A stretch of DNA of 64,000 bases from Candidatus Saccharimonadales bacterium (GTDB lineage: Bacteria > Patescibacteriota > Saccharimonadia > QS-5-54-17), in the NCBI GenBank assembly GCA_040903985.1, contig JBBDUI010000002.1:454038-518037 (forward strand). The letters run 5' to 3'. Positions within the stretch are counted from its first letter, which is position 1; each line of letters starts with the position of its first letter. Position numbers and translations under genes: made by a program. Below the pieces are notes generated by a model. The model made no database searches and was not told the origin of the DNA. It saw only the letters and a list, made by a program, of their open reading frames with translations. Positions 47,815 through 57,354 of the stretch are shown one piece after another.

Positions 47815-48015
47815 ATGGCATATTCACACGTGAATTCAAAGGGAGTTACTTACTACCTTCATTCAAAGGACGTAACTCTACGCGGTGGACGTCAACAGCG
47901 AATCTACTACTTCGCTAAAGAAGCTAAACCAGGTGAGTCAATCGACGCACTACCAGAAGGTTTCGTCGTTACTGAGAACCCACGCAACGGCTTCCTTACT
48001 CTCAAGCGCGCTTAA
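47815..48015 (+). CDS. Small basic conserved hypothetical protein
   Basis: TTGACA-17-TATATT promoter, AAGGAG RBS, terminator downstream. Confidence 0.75.
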   Translation: MAYSHVNSKGVTYYLHSKDVTLRGGRQQRIYYFAKEAKPGESIDALPEGFVVTENPRNGFLTLKRA

Positions 48016-48034
48016 GTTAACCCTTCAAGCGACC

Positions 48035-48064
48035 AATAGACACTCTCTTCGGAGGGTGTCTATT
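48035..48064 (+). terminator. Intrinsic terminator
   Basis: AATAGACACTCTC-TTCG-GAGGGTGTCTATT followed by T-rich tail. Confidence 0.75.
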
Positions 48065-48123
48065 TATTGAGCGGGTCATTTTGCATTGCTCCCAGTGATA
48101 TGACGGTGTTATATTTAATTGTA

Positions 48124-48882
48124 ATGGCAAAAACGATTCTCAAAGTCGACAATCTAGTTAAACACTACAGCGATATCACAGCGGTAGATGGTGTTAGTTT
48201 TACGGTTAAGGCCGGAGAGGTGTTTGGGATCTTAGGGCCGAACGGTGCCGGCAAGACGACTACCTTAGAGATGATCGAGACGATTCGCGAGATCGATGGG
48301 GGCACTGCCGTACTGGACGGTTTGAATGTAGCCGAGCAGCCACAGCAGGTTAAAGAGATTATTGGTGTTCAGCCTCAGACCCCTTCCTTTGAAGAGAAAA
48401 CTAAACTAACTGAACTGCTTGAGTTTTTCGCCTCTACTTATGGGCGGCGAGTCGACCCACTTGCTCTCTTAGAAGAGGTTCAACTGGCGGAGAAGGCTCA
48501 GAGCTACCCAGAGAAGCTCTCCGGCGGGCAACGACAACGCTTTTCGATCGCCACAGCCTTAGTTAATCAGCCTAAGGTACTCTTCTTAGATGAACCGACT
48601 ACCGGACTTGACCCACAGGCGCGACGCAATCTTTGGGGTTTAATTCGCGAGATTAAGGCGCGGGGCGTAACAGTTATCTTAACTACGCACTATATGGAAG
48701 AAGCGGAGAAGTTGTGCGATCGGGTGGCCATCATGGACAATGGCCGCATCATCGCACTCGATACGCCGAAAAAGCTGGTGGCAGATCTACTCAAGCGTGG
48801 TTTTAAGAAAGAGCAACACGTCGAACAGGCCGACCTTGAGGATGTCTTTATCGACCTGACCGGGAAGGATCTACGCGAATGA
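48124..48882 (+). CDS. ABC transporter ATP-binding protein
   Basis: GPNGAGKTT, LSGGQRQR, LDEPTTGLDP, TTHYMEEAE. Confidence 0.93.
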   Translation: MAKTILKVDNLVKHYSDITAVDGVSFTVKAGEVFGILGPNGAGKTTTLEMIETIREIDGGTAVLDGLNVAEQPQQVKEIIGVQPQTPSFEEKTKLTELLEFFASTYGRRVDPLALLEEVQLAEKAQSYPEKLSGGQRQRFSIATALVNQPKVLFLDEPTTGLDPQARRNLWGLIREIKARGVTVILTTHYMEEAEKLCDRVAIMDNGRIIALDTPKKLVADLLKRGFKKEQHVEQADLEDVFIDLTGKDLRE

Positions 48883-49991
48883 TTAAGCGCAGTCTACTAC
48901 CTATACTAACTTTTGCTAAGATCGATATTAAGCGGCTGTTTCGGGATAAGGTCGGCATCTTTTTCGTCTTCATCTTCCCGCTTATCTTTCTATTGGTTTT
49001 CGGTGGCCTCTTCGGCCAGGACTCCGGCGTTTCTTTCAATATCGCCCTCATTAATCAGTCCGAGAGCGAATTTGCACAAGACTTCACTGAGCAGCTGGAA
49101 GAGAATGAGATATTTAAGGTTTCCGAGGAGGTGACCGACATAGATACCGCCCAAGAGGAGATGAGTCGTGGCACGATCGACGCCCTAGTAGTGCTAACGA
49201 GTGGCTTCGGTGCAATCCGACCTAGTGATGGCTCTCCGAGTGGTCAGGTTGAGGTAACGTATGATAAGGGCAATGAACAGGCCGGCGTAGCTCTCGGCTC
49301 GATTCTCGAGAGCATTTTCGCCGATATTAATGCCGAGCTAGTGCCGATCGAAACGCCATTTAGTGTAGCAACCGCACCGACTGCGCGTGAAGGCCTGACG
49401 AGTTTAGACTATATTTTCTCTGGTCTCTTAGGGTTTACTATTCTTTCACTCGGTATCTTCGGTCCTACCACTGTCTTTCCCCGCATGAAGGAGAAGGGCA
49501 TCCTGCGGCGTTATCAGACTACGCCGATTAAGGTCTGGCAGTACTTTGCCGGTAATGTGCTCAGTAATGCCGCCGTCGGAGTGATGGCGATCGGGGTGAT
49601 GTTTACTACCGCCCTGCTATTCTTCAACGTCAGTATGCGCGGCGACTACATTAGTCTAGTCTTACTAGCTATTCTCGGTACCATAGTGCTGTTCGGTGTG
49701 GGGCTAGCTGCCGGTGGTTGGGCCAAGAATGAGAATCAGGCCGCTCCGCTGGCAAACCTGATCGCATTCCCGATGATGTTCTTAAGTGGGGTTTTCTTCC
49801 CGCGTTTTCTAATGCCCGAGTGGTTACAAACGGTTTCCGGCTTCTTTCCACTTACACCACTAGTCGATGGTTTACGTCTAATCATCACCGAGGGTCGGAC
49901 GATTCTTGAGCTCGGTCTCGAAGTTGGCTTGCTGGCCGTCTGGGCGGTAGTGATCTACGCTATCGCTTTCCGCGTTTTCCGCTGGGAGTAG
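48879..49991 (+). CDS. ABC-2 type transporter permease
   Basis: FFVFIFP, KEKGILRR..TP, PMMFLSGVFFP. Confidence 0.9.
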   Translation: MIKRSLLPILTFAKIDIKRLFRDKVGIFFVFIFPLIFLLVFGGLFGQDSGVSFNIALINQSESEFAQDFTEQLEENEIFKVSEEVTDIDTAQEEMSRGTIDALVVLTSGFGAIRPSDGSPSGQVEVTYDKGNEQAGVALGSILESIFADINAELVPIETPFSVATAPTAREGLTSLDYIFSGLLGFTILSLGIFGPTTVFPRMKEKGILRRYQTTPIKVWQYFAGNVLSNAAVGVMAIGVMFTTALLFFNVSMRGDYISLVLLAILGTIVLFGVGLAAGGWAKNENQAAPLANLIAFPMMFLSGVFFPRFLMPEWLQTVSGFFPLTPLVDGLRLIITEGRTILELGLEVGLLAVWAVVIYAIAFRVFRWE

Positions 49992-49995
49992 GTCA

Positions 49996-50952
49996 ATGAG
50001 TATCTGGCAACAACTACCCCGACCATTCTTTATCCTCGCTCCGATGGACGATGTAACCGATACTGTATTTCGCCGTTTAATCGCCGAAACAGCCGCACCA
50101 GACCTATTTTTTACTGAGTTTGCCAATGCTGACGGTCTGCAGAGCCCGGGTCGCAAGGCGGTAGAGAAGAAGCTACAGTTTACTTCCAGTGAACAGCCAT
50201 TGATTGCTCAGATCTGGGGCAAGAAGCCGGAGAGCTACTTCCAAACTGCTCGGGAGCTGGCCGAACGTGGTTTTGCCGGCATCGACCTCAACATGGGCTG
50301 CCCGGTGCGAGCTGTGGTGAAGAACGGTTGCTGCTCGGCCCTGATCGATGACCGAGTACTAGCGGCTGAACTGATTGCCGCTACCAAGGAGGGAGCTGGA
50401 GAGCTGCCGGTAAGTGTGAAGACTCGTCTTGGTTTTAAGCGGGTCCAGACTGAAGATTGGTGTGGCTGGCTGCTGGAGCAGGGTATCGCTGCTTTAACCG
50501 TACACGGTCGCATCGCTGTCGAGCAGTCGAAGTATCCAGCTCAGTGGGATGAGATAGCTAAAGTCGTGAAGCTACGAGATGAAATGGACCGGGAGACACC
50601 GATTATCGGCAACGGCGATGTGACTTCACGCACTTACGGCGAGGAGCTGGTTCGCCAAACTGGAGTCGATGGCATCATGATCGGTCGCGGTATCTTCCGT
50701 GATCCATGGGTGTTTGCACCAACTCCCGTATCGCCGACACCGGTCGAACGCATTGATCTGCTTTTGCGTCACCTCGAGCTGTGGGAAGAAACCTGGGGAG
50801 AGATGAAACCGTTCGAAGTCATGAAGAAGTTCTTCAAAATCTATATCTCTGACTGGGAGGGCGCAGCTAAGATTCGAGCACATCTTATGGAGCTGACCAC
50901 TCTGGATGAAGTAGTGGTGTATCTACAGAGCATGCGGCAACAGCTTATTTAG
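49996..50952 (+). CDS. dus: tRNA-dihydrouridine synthase
   Basis: LAPMDDVTD, IDLNMGCP, SVKTRLG, HGR, GNGDV, GIMIGRG. Confidence 0.93.
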   Translation: MSIWQQLPRPFFILAPMDDVTDTVFRRLIAETAAPDLFFTEFANADGLQSPGRKAVEKKLQFTSSEQPLIAQIWGKKPESYFQTARELAERGFAGIDLNMGCPVRAVVKNGCCSALIDDRVLAAELIAATKEGAGELPVSVKTRLGFKRVQTEDWCGWLLEQGIAALTVHGRIAVEQSKYPAQWDEIAKVVKLRDEMDRETPIIGNGDVTSRTYGEELVRQTGVDGIMIGRGIFRDPWVFAPTPVSPTPVERIDLLLRHLELWEETWGEMKPFEVMKKFFKIYISDWEGAAKIRAHLMELTTLDEVVVYLQSMRQQLI

Positions 50953-50972
50953 CGGTAGTTTCTATTTATGGC

Positions 50973-51617
50973 TTAACTGCTACCGAACAGCTCATTAAAC
51001 ATCTTCGGATCATCAAGGGCATCTAGATCGCTGCTCTCTGCTGCGACCAATCTATCTTCATACAACCTTCTCGCCCCTACTAGTCCAGCTTCAGCTACCA
51101 GCCCGATCCCGGCTCTAAATTGAGGAAAGTAGCGAGCTAGCTCTCGTCCTAGCACTATGCATTCTCTGGATTCGATGATTGGATAGGCCGCGCTGAGACT
51201 AGCTTCGCAGGATGTCTGCCCATCCAGTAATATCGCATCGACCTGACTGATTAATTCGTCACCGTCCATACTGTAGTCGAGTCTAAGGGGCGGGGCTTCA
51301 GTTTTCACAGCCTTAGCTTGTTGGCTAAAGAGTGACTGGTTGGCCGGGAACTGGGCTGATACCATCTCATGACCAGCATAGACACCAAGGAGAAAAGCTT
51401 GCGCCCGTTCAGGGTTGGTGTCGGGCCCGGCGAAGCCCCTTGCTAGCACCCGAGCGATCTCATGACAGAGCGTATATAGTTGAGGATTCGTGTGGCGTAG
51501 ATTGTATTCTGCGGCCGTTAGAAATGCACTTCGGTTGACGGCAGCCTTATCTAGGGTGATCTCGGCAGTTGAAGCCGTGATCTCAATATCATTTGAGCTG
51601 GCAAACTGTTCGTGCAT
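50973..51617 (-). CDS. Hypothetical protein
   Basis: 214 aa ORF with AAGGAAG RBS. Confidence 0.55.
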   Translation of the reverse strand: MHEQFASSNDIEITASTAEITLDKAAVNRSAFLTAAEYNLRHTNPQLYTLCHEIARVLARGFAGPDTNPERAQAFLLGVYAGHEMVSAQFPANQSLFSQQAKAVKTEAPPLRLDYSMDGDELISQVDAILLDGQTSCEASLSAAYPIIESRECIVLGRELARYFPQFRAGIGLVAEAGLVGARRLYEDRLVAAESSDLDALDDPKMFNELFGSS

Positions 51618-51760
51618 AGTATCTTCCTTGACTATATTTTACAGTATACGTCAACCAGCTGACAAAGCTTAGGGAAGTTCATCTTGTGTGCAAGATAGCG
51701 AAACCAGTAAGTGTAGATAAAAACTATCCCGCTCTTAGGCGGGTGTGGGTGGGATAAGTG

Positions 51761-51836
51761 TGGTGGGGGTGGCTGGAATCGAACCAGCGACCAATTAGTT
51801 ATGAGCCAACTGCTCTAACCGCTGAGCTACACCCCC
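51761..51836 (-). tRNA. tRNA with CAU anticodon, most likely tRNA-Ile2
   Basis: GGGGGTG-TAGCTCAGCGGTTAGAGCA-GTTGG-CTCATAA-CTAAT-TGGTCGCTGGTTCGATTCCAGC-CACCCCC-ACCA; resembles Ile2, lacks initiator features. Confidence 0.9.
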
Positions 51837-51904
51837 GTGTAAACTTTGTCTACCCCAAAAGTATAGCAAACAGCTGCTATACTTTTGATAGATAGGTAGT
51901 AAAT

Positions 51905-52309
51905 ATGAAGAAATGGCTAGCTAAGTTCAAGTTCTCCCCTCGTCAGGCTGTAATGGTCGGTGTGTTGGTGCTACTAGGCTACGTAGCCTTCTCTACCTTG
52001 AATGTCATCGCCCGCAACTACCAGCTGCAGCAGCGCATGGATGAGTTAGCAGCGGAGAATGAGATTCTAGAGCTAGAGAACCGACAACTCGAGTATGAGT
52101 TAGCCTACTACCAGACTGATGCCTTTACCGAACTGGAAGCTCGAGCAAAGTTGGAGTTGCAGGCACCGGGGGAAAAGGTAGTGATATTTCCAGATCGTAT
52201 TCCTGAGCCGGCCGGCCCGCCCCAACCGGAGCCAGAGCCGACCTTCACCCAGACGTTAGCCGATAACGTTCGGGAGTGGCTGTATTTTCTGTTTCGGATA
52301 GAGACTTAA
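51905..52309 (+). CDS. Septum formation initiator (FtsB/DivIC-like)
   Basis: TM, coiled coil, ELEARAKL.LQAPGEKV. Confidence 0.8.
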   Translation: MKKWLAKFKFSPRQAVMVGVLVLLGYVAFSTLNVIARNYQLQQRMDELAAENEILELENRQLEYELAYYQTDAFTELEARAKLELQAPGEKVVIFPDRIPEPAGPPQPEPEPTFTQTLADNVREWLYFLFRIET

Positions 52310-52557
52310 GCTAAGCCTAGTGCTGCATCGATCTTCGGCTTGTCGAAGCCGAGTACTTGCTCAGTAGAGCCGTCGTCTTTCTCTATGATGGCAAACGGTA
52401 CGCCAAGCTGACCGCTCTTCTCGTATAGTTCTTTCGCAAGGAGCTGATCCTCATCGGCCCGCTTCTCATCAAACGTGACATCGTGCTCGCTCAAGTAGTT
52501 CTTGAGCATGTGGCAGTAGGCACAGGTAGCGGTGGTATAGATAGTGACTTTAGACAT
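52306..52557 (-). CDS. Glutaredoxin/NrdH-like protein
   Basis: IYTTATCAYC, SGQLGVP, GFD. Confidence 0.9.
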   Translation of the reverse strand: MSKVTIYTTATCAYCHMLKNYLSEHDVTFDEKRADEDQLLAKELYEKSGQLGVPFAIIEKDDGSTEQVLGFDKPKIDAALGLA

Positions 52558-52577
52558 ATTGTTCTCCTTCAACTTAA

Positions 52578-52892
52578 TTATTTGCTTGAGATAAGCTTAG
52601 TAACTTCTTCTACTAGTTCATCTTCACAGCGGAGTAGATAGCATATCTTTTGGCCGGTGCGCTGCTTATCGACCAAACCGAGTCGTTCGAAGTGACGGAA
52701 GTGTTGGGATACGGCCGATATTGAAATATCCAGCTCGGCGGCAATCTCACCGACACAGCGGTCGGAGCCATCAAGTAGTAGTTTAAATATCTTGTACCGG
52801 GTCGCATCACCTAGTAGCTGCATAGTGAATATCAGCCGCTCATCTTGCGGGGTGAGGGTTATTGTAGATTGGTCGCTAACTATTGGGTTCAT
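52578..52892 (-). CDS. ArsR/SmtB transcriptional regulator
   Basis: LGDATRYKI, CVGEIA, SAVSQH, R.GQKICY. Confidence 0.9.
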   Translation of the reverse strand: MNPIVSDQSTITLTPQDERLIFTMQLLGDATRYKIFKLLLDGSDRCVGEIAAELDISISAVSQHFRHFERLGLVDKQRTGQKICYLLRCEDELVEEVTKLISSK

Positions 52893-52995
52893 AATTAGCA
52901 TTTTAGCAACTACTTAAATATATGACAAGGAGCTGCTCGTAACTTATACGCCGTAGGGCTAGTACTCTACCGGGTGGTGGATAAATTTCTGTGAG

Positions 52996-53598
52996 TCAGT
53001 CAGTTTTATCGGCAAAGACGACTAGCCGGTCCGCGTAGGTTTGGCCCTGTTCATTCCAGGCGCCAGTGCAGGTAATAAGGTTTAGGTGTTGACCAGCTTT
53101 GCTACGAAATACTTCATCAGGTCGGTCATCTTGGGCGTAGGTCTTGATTTTCATGACAGTGAAATGTACGTTCTGGCCCTGTTCGTCTACCACTGAGAAG
53201 TGTTCACCGATCTGCAGCTTATGTAGATTAGCAAATACACCAGGTGTCTTCAGTCCGCCTACGTGACCGGCGATGACAGCGTTGCCCTCATCCCCAGGAT
53301 GCGAGCCGTACTGGTACCAGCCTGCATCTGAGAGCTTCTCGGGTGCCTCCATGTCGCCATCGCTAGTCAGTCCGACGTGTGCTATATCGGCATCTATACT
53401 GAGAGTCGGGATTAGGAGGCGGGTAGGTTTGCTGTGAATGACTCCAGGTGACTCCATTATAGCTTCGGTCTCAGGAGGGATATCGAGACTTACTGCCGAA
53501 GCGGGCGGGTTATCGCTGCTAAGCAGTGTACTCAGTACAGCGATTCCGACTACCAGCCCTACCAGTAAAATACGCTTCAATTTTACCGGCTTCTTCAT
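52996..53598 (-). CDS. Class F sortase
   Basis: PGDEGNAVIAGH, LNLITC, RLVVFA. Confidence 0.9.
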   Translation of the reverse strand: MKKPVKLKRILLVGLVVGIAVLSTLLSSDNPPASAVSLDIPPETEAIMESPGVIHSKPTRLLIPTLSIDADIAHVGLTSDGDMEAPEKLSDAGWYQYGSHPGDEGNAVIAGHVGGLKTPGVFANLHKLQIGEHFSVVDEQGQNVHFTVMKIKTYAQDDRPDEVFRSKAGQHLNLITCTGAWNEQGQTYADRLVVFADKTD

Positions 53599-53609
53599 AG
53601 TTCTAAGGA

Positions 53610-54450
53610 TTAGCGGTTAGTAAGGCGGTCTGACTTGTGAACAGCGTAACCAACTACTGCTAGCACGAAGAATATGGCCAGTAAATTCACGGCTGTTGTC
53701 TCGTCAGTCTCTGCGGTAATGCTAGTGTCCGGTAATCCCGGTGTAGCCGATGCATCAGCAGTAGCTGTACATGTCGGCCCAGTGATGGTGTTGCTGTCTA
53801 AGGTGATTTCGGCGGTACCATCAAGTGCGCGGCCATCGAGTGTGGCACCGGTGGCGAAAGTTATGCTAGTACTAGCCAGAACGTTGCCGACAAACTCAGT
53901 ACCTGCGTCAAATGTAGCGCTGCTGACCACACGCCACCAGACGTTACACGCTTGACCGCCGCCGGTAAAGACGATGTTAGCGGTACTTCCAGTGGTCACC
54001 AAGCTGCTGGCTGATTTGAAGATCCAGACGTCGGTAGCCGCACCGTTGAGGGTAAGGGTTCCAGTAAGCTCAAAAGCATCGGCACAGTAGACACCCGCTA
54101 CCAAGTTCTCTCCGACCAAATCCTTGGTACCGGCATAGGTGGTATCACAGGTCTGTGAGCCGAGGGCAGTAAAGGCTGCACCACGGTCGGCTTGAGCAGA
54201 AAGAGCCGTGCCATTAGCATCGTGAACTGTACCGCCCAAGGTGACGCTGCCGAAACCAGTGGTATGAGGGGCTGATGCCGACATTACCACTGATAGTAGT
54301 GGGTCCGGTATTGGTGACCTCAGAGCCGGCTAGTATGGAGAAGCTAGCGGCTGTTCCGAGTCCTGGTGAAGTGGCAGCTTGGGCGACTGGGACTAGAGTA
54401 ACGAACGTTAATATTATCGAAGCGATACTGAGTTTCAAAAGAGCTTTCAT
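53610..54450 (-). pseudogene. Ice-binding (DUF3494-like) surface protein split by a frameshift near 54265
   Basis: Signal peptide + LGTAASFSILAGSEVTNTGPTTISGNVGISP in one frame; LTGTLTLNG..VWIF, ACNVWW.V.SSAT, F.GNVLA..SIT, LDGRAL in the next; LPDTS-TM-basic tail. Confidence 0.8.
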
Positions 54451-54623
54451 GTAGTATATTCATTTCTAGTATCTGCTTATGTATATTGTTAGTTTAATTC
54501 TACCTCTTTTCTGGTATTTTCTCAATTTAATTGATCGATGAATATAACAAAACAAGTAGCCCCACAGAATCAATTTCTACTAGCCAAGAGCGTAGTTAAT
54601 GGAAAGCGGGCTGAGAGGGCACT

Positions 54624-55139
54624 CTACTGCTCTTTAATGAGCTTGACTGCCGCCCTACAAGTACTATCAAGCCTATCTAGAATGGGTACATTAGGACAGT
54701 CCTGGGAGAAGCGCCTACGAATGTACCTTTCGTTACCAAAACCTTTTTCAATTCCTACTACTAGGTTAATCCCGTCTCTCTCATGCTTGAGCTTAGCCTC
54801 AGCTAGTTCAAACCTTGATGTTTGAGCGTAAGCTCTAGAAAATCCTCTCTCATCTGGATCTCCGGCTTCGGCCTGACATGCCAGCCAAAACATTACTGCG
54901 CCAGTTTTAGCTGCGCGTTTAAGGTATTCCGTCTCCCAGTCGACTTGTTTTTCGTATACAAACGTACCTTCTGGGTATTCTCTTCTCGGCGAAGCAATAG
55001 TAATCCCGGATGTAATACCACTAATGATATCAATGGCTTTCTCCTGCCAATCTTCTGCGCCTTGTATCGGTCCGGCTAGGAATAGAACGGGAGTCTCAGT
55101 ATTTACGATCTCAGGCGGTTTGATTACTTCTGTAGCCAT
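54624..55139 (-). CDS. Nucleoside 2-deoxyribosyltransferase-like protein
   Basis: LFLAGPIQGAEDWQ, QVDWE..YL, MFW, TSRFEL; start from TATACT-7nt-ATG. Confidence 0.75.
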   Translation of the reverse strand: MATEVIKPPEIVNTETPVLFLAGPIQGAEDWQEKAIDIISGITSGITIASPRREYPEGTFVYEKQVDWETEYLKRAAKTGAVMFWLACQAEAGDPDERGFSRAYAQTSRFELAEAKLKHERDGINLVVGIEKGFGNERYIRRRFSQDCPNVPILDRLDSTCRAAVKLIKEQ

Positions 55140-55176
55140 TAAACTGAGTATAGCAAAGAGGTAGCTATACATAGAT

Positions 55177-55245
55177 AAGATTCGGTCTAGGAACCGGGTC
55201 TTCGGTGATAAGTGTCCAACTTGGTAGACGCGATTGTATTCGAAC
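55177..55245 (-). repeat. Degenerate copy of tRNA-fMet 3' end plus downstream hairpin (att-like scar)
   Basis: Ungapped alignment to 62936-63004, 45/69 identities by hand count, including ACTTGGTAG and ATTCGAAC in register. Confidence 0.7.
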
Positions 55246-55327
55246 TTTGTTCGCTAGCGGCCTAATATAGGCAATCTGCACTTAAGGGTTAGCGATAGGG
55301 ATGGGTCTAGAACTGTATAATAGTAGC

Positions 55328-55957
55328 ATGATAAAAGTGTCATATGTAGAAATCAGCCAGAAAGATAAGAGCCGCATAGAGGTGGCTCTGCCAATATGGC
55401 TACAAGAGGTGAGAGAACTCCTGCCACAGGTACCTGAAGTTATAGAAGTCATCTTCGATAATCAATATCTTATCAAGATTACCGGTACGGGTGGATTTGC
55501 CTTAGATAAGGATAAGATCGCACTAGCATTTGACCCTGCTTTCACTAACAAGAATTTACAGTTCAATAATCTGCGCGGAAGCTTCTATCATGAGTGCTTC
55601 CACTTAGTACAAGGCTGGGTGGGTGGAGTAGCCGGAGGCGAGATATCGGCTATCGAGGATGCTTTAATGGAAGGTTCGGCCACTGTTTTCGAGCGGGAAC
55701 GTACAGGTACAAAGCCGCCTTGGAGCGACTATTCCGATATAAAGAATATAGATGAGAAGTTGGCTACGATTAAAGAGTTAGGAGCTAACTATGATTGGCA
55801 GAAGTGGAAGTTCTATGACCCCGAGACTAATACACGTTGGATACTGTATAAAGTAGGTGTTTACCTTACCGAGAAAATCTTGGATAATAACCCAGAATTA
55901 ACTATTGAGGATGTAGCTGGCATGAAGGTTGCGGGTATGCTTGATGCTGCCGATTGA
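55328..55957 (+). CDS. Putative Zn-dependent peptidase (DUF2268-like)
   Basis: HECFH (HExxH) followed by EGSA third ligand, PPW, LYKVG. Confidence 0.7.
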   Translation: MIKVSYVEISQKDKSRIEVALPIWLQEVRELLPQVPEVIEVIFDNQYLIKITGTGGFALDKDKIALAFDPAFTNKNLQFNNLRGSFYHECFHLVQGWVGGVAGGEISAIEDALMEGSATVFERERTGTKPPWSDYSDIKNIDEKLATIKELGANYDWQKWKFYDPETNTRWILYKVGVYLTEKILDNNPELTIEDVAGMKVAGMLDAAD

Positions 55958-55983
55958 TCCATTTCTTTATGTATACTTAACCC

Positions 55984-56444
55984 ATGAATAATCTAGATGA
56001 TTACGCCGTAGATTTATACGAAAACTATGAAGCTGGAGTTCGGAAGCTGGCCGAACTAGTTGCTAACAAGAAAGTGGTCGGTGTGGGCGAATCGACGCAT
56101 GGAACTCATGAATTCTTCCAGCTCAAAGCTGATTTGTTTGTGGAGCTTCACCAAAAACAAACCTGGCTAGCTAACAACATTTATGGGAGAATTGCTTCAT
56201 GGGTCACTATGCTAGCGAAATGGATCCAAATTGGGGAGAACCGACAGCTTCTGAGAGCAAGCTCGCAGAGGTACCGGAAGAAATCAGGGAGTTGGCGCAG
56301 TGCCTTTTTAGGGGGTTTGATAGCATGGCGCATTTGGACTCAATCAATGCAGAGCACGGTATCAGAGTTGCCGCTGCCATCGATGCGCTTGTACAGAAAA
56401 GGATAGTTGAAGCTCTAGCGCAAACTACGAAAGCTCACGATTAG
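55984..56444 (+). pseudogene. Truncated erythromycin-esterase-like fragment joined to unrelated ORF remnants
   Basis: KVVGVGESTHGTHEFF matches the EreA/B-family N-terminus; similarity lost after about 57 aa; overlapping short ORFs. Confidence 0.6.
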
Positions 56445-56463
56445 AAACGTTCTCAACTGAGAC

Positions 56464-56499
56464 AAACAGAAACCACCCATCTCTGGGTGGTTTCTGTTT
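56464..56499. terminator. Perfect 16 bp hairpin (terminator) next to a second att-like scar
   Basis: AAACAGAAACCACCCA-TCTC-TGGGTGGTTTCTGTTT, followed directly by ACTTGGTAG-10nt-TCTGGAAC. Confidence 0.75.
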
Positions 56500-56666
56500 A
56501 CTTGGTAGAGCAGACAGGTCTGGAACCCCCAACAGAGGTAAATGAGACAAATGAGACACCTAAAAAAGGCTTGTCTCAAAAAGTTGGCTCTTAGGTTAAA
56601 ATATAGCGTAAGAAGTTTACGTATGAAACTGACTAAAAACGATTTCAACTCACTACAATACCTAAG

Positions 56667-57338
56667 CTAGCTTACCATTGGTTCAGTTCCATTTTCTTCA
56701 ACTATTTCCATAGTGATCTCGTTTGCTACAAGATCTTTATAAAGCCACGGCCAGTCATCCAGCTTATTTTTTGTAGCTTGTTCAATTCGGTCTATTTCCT
56801 CATTGTATTTGTCTTTAAGTCTTTGGTAGTTAGTTTCTGCTCGATTGCGCAGGTCGCCGGTTTCCGCTAACCTTGGTTTTGCGTATTCCAGGTAAGACTT
56901 TTTAAAGTCTTCGTATAGAAAATCTGGGTTTATTATTACCAACTTTTTGTCAGCATATCTCACTAAATGAGTATCATCCCTGTCGCCACGCCTAGTTATG
57001 CCTACCTTACCCTTTGTTACAAAACTGTGAGCAATACCATTTCTAATCAATTCTCTTCCTATGATTCCGAAGGCCTCGTACCTCGAGTCAATATTTTTCA
57101 GATAATTCTTACAGTAGTGTTCGAAAGCAAACGAACCATTAACTTCTTGGCCTTCCTGTGGCTGGCGTAATAAGAAGCCAAGAAATTCGATACCCGAACA
57201 GAGAGCGCTTGTCATTAAATATGAAGCATTACCTGGGTGATTATCCCTAGGGATTTTGTCTTTGATAGTTTTAATGTCGCTAAGTAGATAGCCGTCAATA
57301 TATTTATCAAGAAAGCTATCAAGTATATTTATCTGCAT
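56667..57338 (-). CDS. HEPN-like protein, putative RNase effector
   Basis: Helical protein with CSGIEFLG and RNGIAH (R-X4-H) motif. Confidence 0.6.
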   Translation of the reverse strand: MQINILDSFLDKYIDGYLLSDIKTIKDKIPRDNHPGNASYLMTSALCSGIEFLGFLLRQPQEGQEVNGSFAFEHYCKNYLKNIDSRYEAFGIIGRELIRNGIAHSFVTKGKVGITRRGDRDDTHLVRYADKKLVIINPDFLYEDFKKSYLEYAKPRLAETGDLRNRAETNYQRLKDKYNEEIDRIEQATKNKLDDWPWLYKDLVANEITMEIVEENGTEPMVS

Positions 57339-57354
57339 TAGCTATAAGTATAGC

